From an uncultured Syntrophaceae bacterium (GTDB lineage: Bacteria > Desulfobacterota > Syntrophia > Syntrophales > PHBD01), in NCBI GenBank assembly GCA_964578535.1, contig CAZODI010000001.1:108338-172337 (forward strand): 64,000 nucleotides of DNA, written 5' to 3'. Made by a program: the position numbers and the translations under genes. How positions within the stretch are numbered: position 1 is the stretch's first letter; every line of letters begins with the position of its first letter. The notes beneath the pieces were generated by a model. That model searched no databases. It saw only the letters and a list, made by a program, of their open reading frames with translations, and was not told the DNA's origin. Below, one piece after another: positions 55,122 to 63,106 of the stretch.

Positions 55122-57251
55122 TTATCCAGCTGAGGGGAGCGTCTCCCGGATCAGGCGTTTCATGCGGCCCAGCCGGCGCGGCGAAAGCGTCCAGCGGATC
55201 TTCACGAGGCCTTCCATGTGGGGGATGACCGCGGGATCCCGGCTGGCGGCGATTTCCCGGATGATCCATTCGTTCCGGACGGCATCTTCCTCCCGGATCA
55301 GAAAAGTCTTCACAAGCGCCAGCACATCGCCGATCATGTCCCAGATCCGATGCCGGCCGATCAGGCTTATGATCCCCGCCTTTTCCTCCCAGTTCTCCCT
55401 CCTGATTCCGTCCCGCAGGAGATCCGTCGCCAGAGGATCCTTGAACTGCAGGAGCGTCTCCAGCACTTCCATCCTGACGTCCCAGCTGCCCTGGTCATAC
55501 AGCTCCTTCAGGGCCTTGGAGACATTGTAGTGCGCTGTGTCCCGGATGAACGTCAACAGGCGCGAGATTCCCAGCGAGTCCTGTCCCTTCAGCCTTCGGT
55601 AGGCCTCATCGCCGGCCGCCTTCCCGTAACTGTTGAGGATGCCGAGAAAGAAGGGCGAGGGGGTGAACGAGCGGTCCAGGTACAGGTCGAAGAGCCAGGG
55701 CAGGGTATCTTCCCCGCAGGCCTTGAGATACGCCTTCAGGGCATCGGATTGTCCTATGTCGACCTGCAGGAACGGCTCCACGAGGGACATCATCCGGCGG
55801 CTGGTGAAGGCCTTGATAGTCCAGAGAGCCCTCTGGCGCACGGACTCCGACGGCTTCGTCCGGGTATGCGTCTGCAGGGTCTCCAGGACTTCGGTCAGGA
55901 GGGAAAACCGTCCCGCGCTGACGAGCCCCATGGCGGAATTCACCAGGTGTTCGCTCAACAGGCGATATTCCTCGTCCGAGATTTCCTCTTCCATCATGAC
56001 GAGGCTGAAATAGGTGATGCGATACTGGATCTCGTCATCCTGCAGGGATTGGAGGTGCCACCGGAGAGGAAACGCTTCTTCCTCGGATGCAGTTGTCCCG
56101 GGGGTTTCCGCGGCATCCCGCAGCAGATTCTCGTATTCCACCGGAACGTACTTCTCGTAGTTTTCCCGCTTGATCAGGTCCCGAACGCTTCCCACCGAGA
56201 AGTCCTCTTCGGGGGTGACGCCCGTGGCCGCTATTTCCTGGCGGTGAACGGTGGTCATTTTCTGCATCAGGAGAATCAGGGTGGGGGAGATCCGGTTCTT
56301 TCGCTCCTGGTTGAGCTGGATGATCTGCTGGAAAACGTCCTTTGGAAAACACTTGAGGTTTTCGAGCTCCAGCACCGTCTCCGGCTGCAGGCAGACCTGG
56401 CGCTCCAGGGAATCCAGGAGCTGCGCCCTCAACTCCGGGGTCAGGCTCTTCAGCATGTTGCTGATATTCGCCAGGGCCTCGAAGCGGATGGCCGAGCCGG
56501 CATTTCCATGGCGCAGGTCCAGGAAGTACTCGCGGACGAGTTTTTCATAGCTGTCGACGGCCCCTTGCCACAGGTCCGGTCTTTCGTTGAGGGCGCGTGC
56601 CTGGAAAGAGGGATCCAGGAACGGTGAAAGGGCGGGATCGGCGATCGTCAGCGAGAGCTCCTTGGAGCGCGCCAGGAAGTCGAGCCAGAAGTCTCCCTTC
56701 TTGTTTTCCTTGTTCTCCGGTGTGAAGAAGATCTCCCGTTCGTCGGTGATCTGAAAGTCATCCGCGTCCAGGGACTTGACGCGGATGCGTGTAATCCCGG
56801 CCTGGGCGATGGCGCGAGGCACCGTTGTCTTCATCCACACGTCCGACGGCTTCTGGGCGAGGAACTTGTGGAAATCGACGATCTCCTGCTTGTTCACGCC
56901 GGCCATGAAGCTGAGCGAGACCAGGCGGAAAGAGGAGAGCGTCCGGAGATAGTCCCGAACGGAGGAATTGTTCGGATCGAGAGGGATCTCGCCCGATGCC
57001 ATCATGGGCCCGTCGATGATGAAGTTGAGCTCCATCCTCCCTTGGAGTGATTTCTGGAGGAGGTCGCCGGCCTGATCCGTGGCTTCCTGGATTCTCACAT
57101 GGCCGGGCGGGTACATGTTGAGGCTGAGCCGGAGCAGGTTCAGCGCCGTGACCAGAGCGGAGAGCCGCTGTGAAACCATGAGCGCGGTTTCGGGTGCCGG
57201 ACGATCCAGACCTGGCCTGGCATTCTGTTCCAAGGGGATAGTTCCATTCAT
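55122..57251 (-). CDS. Large hypothetical protein (709 aa); the N-terminal domain is paralogous to the N-domain of the downstream HD-GYP protein, and the C-terminus is HEAT/ARM-like
   Basis: It is the only convincing frame across this region. The N-terminus (LNMYPPGHVRIQEATDQAGDLL...LVSLSFMAGV...EIVDF) parallels the HD-GYP N-terminus (SGIYPSDHPLVLSHIQGAYEHF...VERITFVRGL...QLETF). Confidence 0.6.
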   Translation of the reverse strand: MNGTIPLEQNARPGLDRPAPETALMVSQRLSALVTALNLLRLSLNMYPPGHVRIQEATDQAGDLLQKSLQGRMELNFIIDGPMMASGEIPLDPNNSSVRDYLRTLSSFRLVSLSFMAGVNKQEIVDFHKFLAQKPSDVWMKTTVPRAIAQAGITRIRVKSLDADDFQITDEREIFFTPENKENKKGDFWLDFLARSKELSLTIADPALSPFLDPSFQARALNERPDLWQGAVDSYEKLVREYFLDLRHGNAGSAIRFEALANISNMLKSLTPELRAQLLDSLERQVCLQPETVLELENLKCFPKDVFQQIIQLNQERKNRISPTLILLMQKMTTVHRQEIAATGVTPEEDFSVGSVRDLIKRENYEKYVPVEYENLLRDAAETPGTTASEEEAFPLRWHLQSLQDDEIQYRITYFSLVMMEEEISDEEYRLLSEHLVNSAMGLVSAGRFSLLTEVLETLQTHTRTKPSESVRQRALWTIKAFTSRRMMSLVEPFLQVDIGQSDALKAYLKACGEDTLPWLFDLYLDRSFTPSPFFLGILNSYGKAAGDEAYRRLKGQDSLGISRLLTFIRDTAHYNVSKALKELYDQGSWDVRMEVLETLLQFKDPLATDLLRDGIRRENWEEKAGIISLIGRHRIWDMIGDVLALVKTFLIREEDAVRNEWIIREIAASRDPAVIPHMEGLVKIRWTLSPRRLGRMKRLIRETLPSAG

Positions 57252-57379
57252 ATCGTCTGTGCATTTACGCGAGAAGCCCCTGGGGAGTCAAGTCGCCTTT
57301 TGAAATCAAAGGTTTCAGCCGTTAGTGCCGGCGGAGTCCGGTGGAAGGGACGGGAATCGCCGTTGTTAATTGCTCGGCC

Positions 57380-58834
57380 TCAGCAAGATTCCAGCCGGTC
57401 CTTCTCCCGGTAGCCCTCCAGGAGGAGGGTGCAGACGTTTTGGACTCGTCTGCCGGTGTGCTCTCTCAGGTGAAACTCGCAGAAGGGGCAGACGCTGACC
57501 ACCAAGCCTGCTCCGGTTTTTTCGATCTCCTCACGGCGCTTCTTGGCCAGGGCCTTCGCCTCTTCAGGAAACGCCGCCCGGACGCCGCCCCCGGAGCCGC
57601 AGCACCAGGCGGGCATCTCCACGAGCTCCGCCGCCTGCCGGATCAGCGCCCTCGGCTCTTCCCGGACCCCCTGGCCGCGGAGCAGGTGGCAGGGATCGTG
57701 GTACGTCACCTTTACGGGCAGCCGGGCCGGGGGCTCGATTCCCTGCCGCACCAGGAGTTGGGTGATGTCCAGGACCTCGAACGGCGTCTCGTAGTCGTTT
57801 TTCAGCGTGGTCCCGCAACCGGCGCACATAGTGACGACCGCGTCGACGCCGAGCCTTGCAAAGATCCCGATGTTTTTTTCCTTCAGGCCTGCGACCAGAT
57901 CCGTCTGTCCCGTCCGGATCAGCGGCGAGCCGCAGCAGACCTGGTCCTTCGGGATGACCACCCGGATGCCGTTGCGCCGCATGACCTCCACGGCGTCGAG
58001 GGCGGTCTCGGGCATCACCAGGTCGTACAGGCAGCCCGTGAAGAGGGCGACGGTGCAGCGGGCGGCGGTCTCCGGCTCGACCACTTCGGGGACGCGCTCC
58101 AGGAAACGGGAGCCCGGGAACGAGATGCTCCGGCCGGTCTCCCGGACGAGCCGGGCGAATTCGAGGTGCTTCGGAAACGTAACGCCCTGCTCGACGGCCA
58201 GGGCGCGCAATGTCTCGATCGCCAGGGCGGGGGTCGCGATCTCCTCGGGGCAGGCGGTCCGGCAGGCCTGGCAGGAGGTGCAGTGAAAGAGCCCGGCCTC
58301 CACGGCCTCGGGAATGCGGTCCCCGGCGTCGCGAGGATCGAGGGCGAGGCGCATCTTCTGCCGCATGGCCGTCGGCCCGGCGTATTCCGCCACGTCCAGC
58401 ATCGGGCAGACGGAGACGCAGGAGAAGCACTGCAGGCAGTGGCGGAGCGGCTTGATGGATTCCGTTTCCTCCCTCGTTGGTGCATCCGCATCCCCGCGGG
58501 GCGCGAAGGAGGCGACAGATTCCAGAAGCGGCGCCAGGTCTGTGACGAGGTCCTTGATCACGGGCAGCCGGAGCGGCTCCACGACCATGCCGTCGATCGC
58601 CTCCTCCTTGCAGGCCAGGACGGGCTCGCCGTTCACCCGGACGGCGCAGCTTCCGCACTGTCCCACGTTGCAGGAATGGCGATAGGAGAGCGTCGGGTCG
58701 ATATCGTCGCGGACGGCCTGGAGGGCGTTGAGGACCCGCGCGCCCTCGTTGATCGCCACGGTGCAGGATTCGAGCCGCGGGCAGTCGTCCAACTCCGGGT
58801 CGAACCGGGAGATCGTGAGGCGGACGGTCTTCAT
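57380..58834 (-). CDS. Fumarate reductase/succinate dehydrogenase Fe-S subunit fused to two CCG (HdrD/GlpC-like) domains (TfrB-like)
   Basis: N-terminal 2Fe-2S motif (CNVGQCGSCAV), two 4Fe-4S motifs (CLQCFSCVSVCP, CTSCQACRTACP) and two CCG motifs (VCCGSP, WCCGSGGG). Confidence 0.8.
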   Translation of the reverse strand: MKTVRLTISRFDPELDDCPRLESCTVAINEGARVLNALQAVRDDIDPTLSYRHSCNVGQCGSCAVRVNGEPVLACKEEAIDGMVVEPLRLPVIKDLVTDLAPLLESVASFAPRGDADAPTREETESIKPLRHCLQCFSCVSVCPMLDVAEYAGPTAMRQKMRLALDPRDAGDRIPEAVEAGLFHCTSCQACRTACPEEIATPALAIETLRALAVEQGVTFPKHLEFARLVRETGRSISFPGSRFLERVPEVVEPETAARCTVALFTGCLYDLVMPETALDAVEVMRRNGIRVVIPKDQVCCGSPLIRTGQTDLVAGLKEKNIGIFARLGVDAVVTMCAGCGTTLKNDYETPFEVLDITQLLVRQGIEPPARLPVKVTYHDPCHLLRGQGVREEPRALIRQAAELVEMPAWCCGSGGGVRAAFPEEAKALAKKRREEIEKTGAGLVVSVCPFCEFHLREHTGRRVQNVCTLLLEGYREKDRLESC

Positions 58835-60459
58835 GATCGGTCCCTCCTCTCGATCCCCTCCCGGGACAGCGAAAGGAAGGTGTGTCCGAAGGGCGACGGC
58901 TCATCGTTCCGCGGCGCGTCGGCGTCCGTTCTCATGTGCGCTCCCCGGGATTCCCTCCGCAGAAGGGCGGCCCGGCAGACGAGCATGGCCGTCGTGCAGG
59001 CGTTCCGGACGGAGCAGCAGTCGGCCAGATTCCGGGGCGCCGCGGCCCGGAGCCGCTCCCGGGAAAGCCCGTCGATCTCTAGGAGCGCCTTTTTCAGGCC
59101 GGCCTCATTCCGGAAGATCCTGGCGCCTTCCCTCATGATCTCATGAAGTTTCTTGAGCAAAGCGTAAGGGTTCGCGTCGCCCGTCCGAAAGGCGTCCAGC
59201 CTTCTCCGCTGGTCGTCCACCTGCTTGTCCGGGATGGAGGATGCCCGGGGCTTTGCCTTTCCCGCCGCCTCGCCCGCGATGGCCCCGAAGACCTGGGTCT
59301 CGGCGAGGGCGTTTCCCCCGAGGCGGTTCGCCCCGTGGACGCCGCCCGCCGTCTCGCCGCAGGCGTAGAGCCCCTCGACGGTCGTCCGGCAGGTGAGGGG
59401 ATCGATTCGCAGGCCGCCCATGACGTGGTGCGCCGCCGGCGCGACCTCCACGGGCCCGCGCCGGATGTCGATGCCGAAGCGGAGGCACTGCTCCAGCATC
59501 ACGGGCAGGCGCTCCTCGATCACCGCCGGCCCCAGGCGGGAGACGTCGAGATACACGCCGCCGTTTGCCGTCCCTCTTCCCTCCTGGATCTCCGTGACAA
59601 TTGCCCGGGACAGGACGTCCCGGGGGGCAAGCTCCATGCGTACGGGGTCGTAGCGCACTATGAAGCGCTCTCCCAACCGGTTCAGCAGGATTCCTCCCTC
59701 GCCCCGGGCCGCCTCCGTAATCAGCCTCCCCTTTGCGTCAGGGGGATGGACGGCCCCGGTGGGGTGGAACTGCACCATCTCCATGTCGATCAGCTCCGCG
59801 CCGGCCTTGTAGCCCAGGGCGTAGCCCTCGCCGGTGCCGCTCGCCGAATTCGTCGAAGAGGCGTAGATTTTCGCGCCTCCGCCCGCCGCCAGGATCACGC
59901 TGTCAGACCGGAACAGGAGGAGCCCGCCGCTGTGGTCCAGGGCGAGGGCTCCCGTCACGGAGCCGTTACGTTTCAGGAGGGCGATGGCGGATGTCTCGTG
60001 AAACACCCGGACCGGGGTCGAGCGGAGCCATTCCATCAGGGTGGTCATGATCTCGTGGCCTGTGCGGTCGCCGGCGTAGCAGGTCCGGGGGAACTTCTGG
60101 CCGCCGAAATAGCGCTGGGCGACCTTGCCCTCTTCCGTGACATCGAAAACGGCCCCCCGGCGCAGCAGGTCCCGGAGGCGCTCCGGGGCATTTCGGACCA
60201 GCGTCTGCGCGAGAACCGGATCATTCAGGAAGGCGCCGCTCTCGAGGGTCTCCCGGAGATGGTCCTCAACGGAGTCCTGCTCCCGGAGGACCGCGTTGTA
60301 CCCCCCTTCGGCCATGGGGGTGCAGCCGCCCTTGCCGGCGATGGCCTTCGAGAGCAGCACGGTCTCGCCGTACCGGGACGCCTCGATGGCCGCCCGGACC
60401 CCGGCGCCGCCGGCCCCGATCACGAGAACGTGGCAGTCTATCGTCTCCGGTGAGGTCAA
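58831..60459 (-). CDS. Fumarate reductase/succinate dehydrogenase/L-aspartate oxidase-family flavoprotein (TfrA-like)
   Basis: FAD dinucleotide fold VLVIGAGGAGVRAA and the RSESRGAH-type motif RRESRGAHMR. Start set at TTG 60459 with AGGAGGAAGAGGG upstream, overlapping the preceding stop (TTGA). Confidence 0.8.
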   Translation of the reverse strand: MTSPETIDCHVLVIGAGGAGVRAAIEASRYGETVLLSKAIAGKGGCTPMAEGGYNAVLREQDSVEDHLRETLESGAFLNDPVLAQTLVRNAPERLRDLLRRGAVFDVTEEGKVAQRYFGGQKFPRTCYAGDRTGHEIMTTLMEWLRSTPVRVFHETSAIALLKRNGSVTGALALDHSGGLLLFRSDSVILAAGGGAKIYASSTNSASGTGEGYALGYKAGAELIDMEMVQFHPTGAVHPPDAKGRLITEAARGEGGILLNRLGERFIVRYDPVRMELAPRDVLSRAIVTEIQEGRGTANGGVYLDVSRLGPAVIEERLPVMLEQCLRFGIDIRRGPVEVAPAAHHVMGGLRIDPLTCRTTVEGLYACGETAGGVHGANRLGGNALAETQVFGAIAGEAAGKAKPRASSIPDKQVDDQRRRLDAFRTGDANPYALLKKLHEIMREGARIFRNEAGLKKALLEIDGLSRERLRAAAPRNLADCCSVRNACTTAMLVCRAALLRRESRGAHMRTDADAPRNDEPSPFGHTFLSLSREGIERRDRS

Positions 60460-60800
60460 GAACCCTCTTCCTCCTGTTTGTTCCCCCGGAACTGGGGGCA
60501 GATCTCCGAGGAGCCGGGCCGGAACTCCCGGCAGACCCGCGGGCGGGTTTCGTAGATGGCGCAGCGGGTGAGGCCGTTCTCCCATTCCAGGAAGGGGCAG
60601 CCCCGGAATGTGTGGCCGTCGTCCGCCGAGACGATGTGATCGCCCATCCAGACACCGTGGTGCTGCTCGATGATCCCGAGGATTTCGTCGCGGCCCTCCC
60701 GCAGCCAGCGCTCCTTCTCCTCCTCGGCGGCGTAGTCGAGCATGTCGGCAAGGCAGCACTTGCCGCAGCGTCTGCATTCTATTTCGTCCGGGTTGCTCAT
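60456..60800 (-). CDS. YkgJ-family CxxCxxCC cysteine-cluster protein
   Basis: CRRCGKCC motif and a second Cys pair (RGCPF...RCAIY..RPRVCREF). Start trimmed to MSNPDEIE so that the palindromic element is excluded. Confidence 0.7.
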   Translation of the reverse strand: MSNPDEIECRRCGKCCLADMLDYAAEEEKERWLREGRDEILGIIEQHHGVWMGDHIVSADDGHTFRGCPFLEWENGLTRCAIYETRPRVCREFRPGSSEICPQFRGNKQEEEGS

Positions 60801-60823
60801 GGTTTTTACGATTGCCCTGGAGA

Positions 60824-60848
60824 CGGGGGCGGATTTCAAATCCGCCCC
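60824..60848. repeat. Perfect palindromic element GGGGGCGGATTTCAAATCCGCCCCC (family consensus copy)
   Basis: 12-bp perfect stem with a 1-nt centre. It lies in the 61-nt gap between two co-oriented minus-strand genes. Confidence 0.8.
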
Positions 60849-60861
60849 CGCTTTCGTCACT

Positions 60862-61860
60862 TCACGGGGACGGAATCAACTCCGTTCCCTTCTGAAGCAT
60901 CATGTACTCGTACTGGTACAGGTCCTCCAGGAAATGCCGGAGGACTTCCTCCTCGTCGCTCCGCGCCGCCGGGGCGCGCAGGATCGCCCGGAGGCGGTCC
61001 GTCCAGGCCACGGACAGGAAATCAGCCAGGGGACCCCGGTGGACCCGATAACCGTGATACCGGGCGATCGCCTCCAGGTGCGAGAATTTGATGGTGAACT
61101 CGTCGTGGCCTTTCAGGGGGATCCGCTCCGGCCGTCCCGGGGCGGAGACGCGGATCAGCCCGGCCAGCTCCTCCGGCACGCGGGCCTCGCAGCTGTGCTC
61201 GCTCAGGAAGATCGACGAAACGCCCGCCAGGCAGAGCTTCTCCAGGGCCTCGCAGGCTCCGAGGTTGAAGGGAAACAGGGGGGCTTCCGGCGCCTCCAGG
61301 CCGTAGTGCATGAAGAATCGAAACACCCGCTCCATCAGGCGATCGGAGACAGGCACCGCTTCCGGCTGCAGCCATCGCGCCGGGTCTTCGATTTCCCTCG
61401 GCATGTCCAGGACCACGGGGAAATCGCCGAGGTTCTCGTTCAGGAGGGCCAGGCCGAATCCCGCCAGGACCTCCGGCGGCGTCTCCAGGAAATCCTCGTG
61501 GCGGAAGTCCGCGGGGAATCCCGCCAGGGCCTCCCTCTGCTTCTCGAGGAGCACCGGCGACAGGTCGATGCAGAGGGACGACCATTCCGGACGGGCTGCC
61601 AGGAAATCCCGCTTCAGGACGCCGTATCCCCCGCCGACCTCGAGTATCCGCCGCACACGGCCCAGGTCGAAATGGCGCTCCAGGAAATGGCGGAGGAGAT
61701 TCCCGTAAGAATCGGGGCGCACGAGAACCGTGCGGCAGAGGCTCTCGGGATGGGCGAGGCTGTTGCAGACGGTCCACTCCCAGCCGAGGGTCGTCAGGTC
61801 CTGCAGGTGATAGTCCCGCGTGGTGTGCAGATTCCAGGTCGGAAGCGGGTCTCCCGTCAT
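60862..61860 (-). CDS. Putative SAM-dependent methyltransferase (MidA/DUF185-like)
   Basis: Motif I ILEVGGGYGVL and a later LLNENLGDFP, resembling the MidA-type anElxDAlP. Confidence 0.5.
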   Translation of the reverse strand: MTGDPLPTWNLHTTRDYHLQDLTTLGWEWTVCNSLAHPESLCRTVLVRPDSYGNLLRHFLERHFDLGRVRRILEVGGGYGVLKRDFLAARPEWSSLCIDLSPVLLEKQREALAGFPADFRHEDFLETPPEVLAGFGLALLNENLGDFPVVLDMPREIEDPARWLQPEAVPVSDRLMERVFRFFMHYGLEAPEAPLFPFNLGACEALEKLCLAGVSSIFLSEHSCEARVPEELAGLIRVSAPGRPERIPLKGHDEFTIKFSHLEAIARYHGYRVHRGPLADFLSVAWTDRLRAILRAPAARSDEEEVLRHFLEDLYQYEYMMLQKGTELIPSP

Positions 61861-61865
61861 GGGTC

Positions 61866-62564
61866 TTATTTGCCGGCCGTCCGGGACGCCCGGTCTTCGA
61901 CGGCCTCCCGCTCGAAGTTTCCTCCGATGGCAGGGCTGCCGTCGGGCTTGAAGAAGGTCGGGTAGTAGACCCGGAAGGACTCCTTGATCATCTCCAGGGG
62001 CACATCATTGAAGGGTCCGTGGTCCTGGACGTACTCCATGTGGCGGTTCCCTTTCTGATCGTAGGGATGGAGGAGGGCATCGTGGACGCCGTCGAAGTCG
62101 AGGGGCTTCACGCCGAAGCGGTCGCAGAGGTCCATGTTGAACGTCGGGGTGGCCTTGATCCAGCGGCCGCCCAGGTAGAGCTCCGAGTAGCCGTGGCCGG
62201 TGAAGAGGTCCGTCTTCATGAGGCTCTTGAGGCGCTCCGTGGTCAGGTGGTTCCGGACGTCGGCGAGGCCGATGCGGCCGGGAATCCCGTGGACCCGGGC
62301 GCACGCCGCCAGGAGGACTGCCTTCACGACGCAGTACCCGTACCCCTTCTCCAGGGTCGTGCTCGCCCGCATCCCCTCGACGGAGAGGACGATCCGGTAG
62401 GGGTCGTAGCGGATCCCGTCCCGCACGGCATAGAAGAGCCGGACGGCCTTGTCTTTCTCGGTTGCCGCGTCTCCCGCCGCCTCCAGGGCGAACTTCCGCA
62501 CCGCCGGATGATCGCTGTTGATGAATGGGGTCGGGACCAGACAGGCCTGCACGTCATCACTCAC
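61866..62564 (-). CDS. Transglutaminase-like cysteine peptidase-fold protein
   Basis: Core motif GYGYCVVKAVLLAACARVHGIPGR, with His and Asp candidates downstream. GTG 62564 is preceded by AAGGAGG at 6-nt spacing, and a strong promoter lies inside the longer ORF-track ORF. Confidence 0.7.
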   Translation of the reverse strand: MSDDVQACLVPTPFINSDHPAVRKFALEAAGDAATEKDKAVRLFYAVRDGIRYDPYRIVLSVEGMRASTTLEKGYGYCVVKAVLLAACARVHGIPGRIGLADVRNHLTTERLKSLMKTDLFTGHGYSELYLGGRWIKATPTFNMDLCDRFGVKPLDFDGVHDALLHPYDQKGNRHMEYVQDHGPFNDVPLEMIKESFRVYYPTFFKPDGSPAIGGNFEREAVEDRASRTAGK

Positions 62565-62601
62565 GGGAACCCTCCTTGGCTGAAACGTTGAAAAGTATCG
62601 C

Positions 62602-62630
62602 ACTATAGGAAATGGGGGGCCGGGTGTCAA
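62602..62630 (-). promoter_or_regulatory. sigma-70 promoter candidate (TTGACA-N17-TATAGT)
   Basis: On the minus strand, TTGACACCCGGCCCCCCATTTCCTATAGT has consensus -35 and near-consensus -10 boxes with 17-nt spacing, about 38 nt upstream of GTG 62564. Confidence 0.55.
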
Positions 62631-63106
62631 TCGGGGAAAGGGAAAGGGAGAGGGAGAGGAGCGGAAAATGGATGCCGCGGCATCCGGGTCACTCATCCAT
62701 CCATCCGTCCTGACACCTGAGGAAAGGGATTTCAGGGATTGGTGCCGGGATTCTCCCCGATGCCCCCATTGCCCCCCGATACCCCCCATGTCGCCCTGAT
62801 GACCCCAGAAATGAGGAAATGACCCATTTCGGGTTCATTGTGAAAACACATTTGTAACATACTGATATAAGGCATGCTTTACAAATATTAATACTTTTGG
62901 CTTAGCCAAACTAATACTTTTTTAAGCCATAAAACACCTGATTTTTAATACCAACGCCTTATTCACAACTTCCCTCCCGATCGCTTACGAAGTGGCCCAT
63001 CAGCGGCAGACCGACCCTTTGGGCAGGTTTGCCGTTGAGGGGGTCTCCCCCCGGTGGTCGTCAGCAATCTCCAGAAAAAATCGCTTCGTGAGTGCGGAGG
63101 TGAGGG

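Noticed and set aside
60801-60860. N-terminal extension of the YkgJ-like ORF (start 60860)
   Set aside because: The extension is the translation of the perfect palindromic element (GADLKSAP). ATG 60800 gives the conserved CxxCxxCC protein length.
61866-62789. Full 307-aa version of the transglutaminase-like ORF
   Set aside because: The extension would include the G-tract repeats and a consensus TTGACA-N17-TATAGT promoter. GTG 62564, with AAGGAGG at ideal spacing, starts where homology-like sequence begins.
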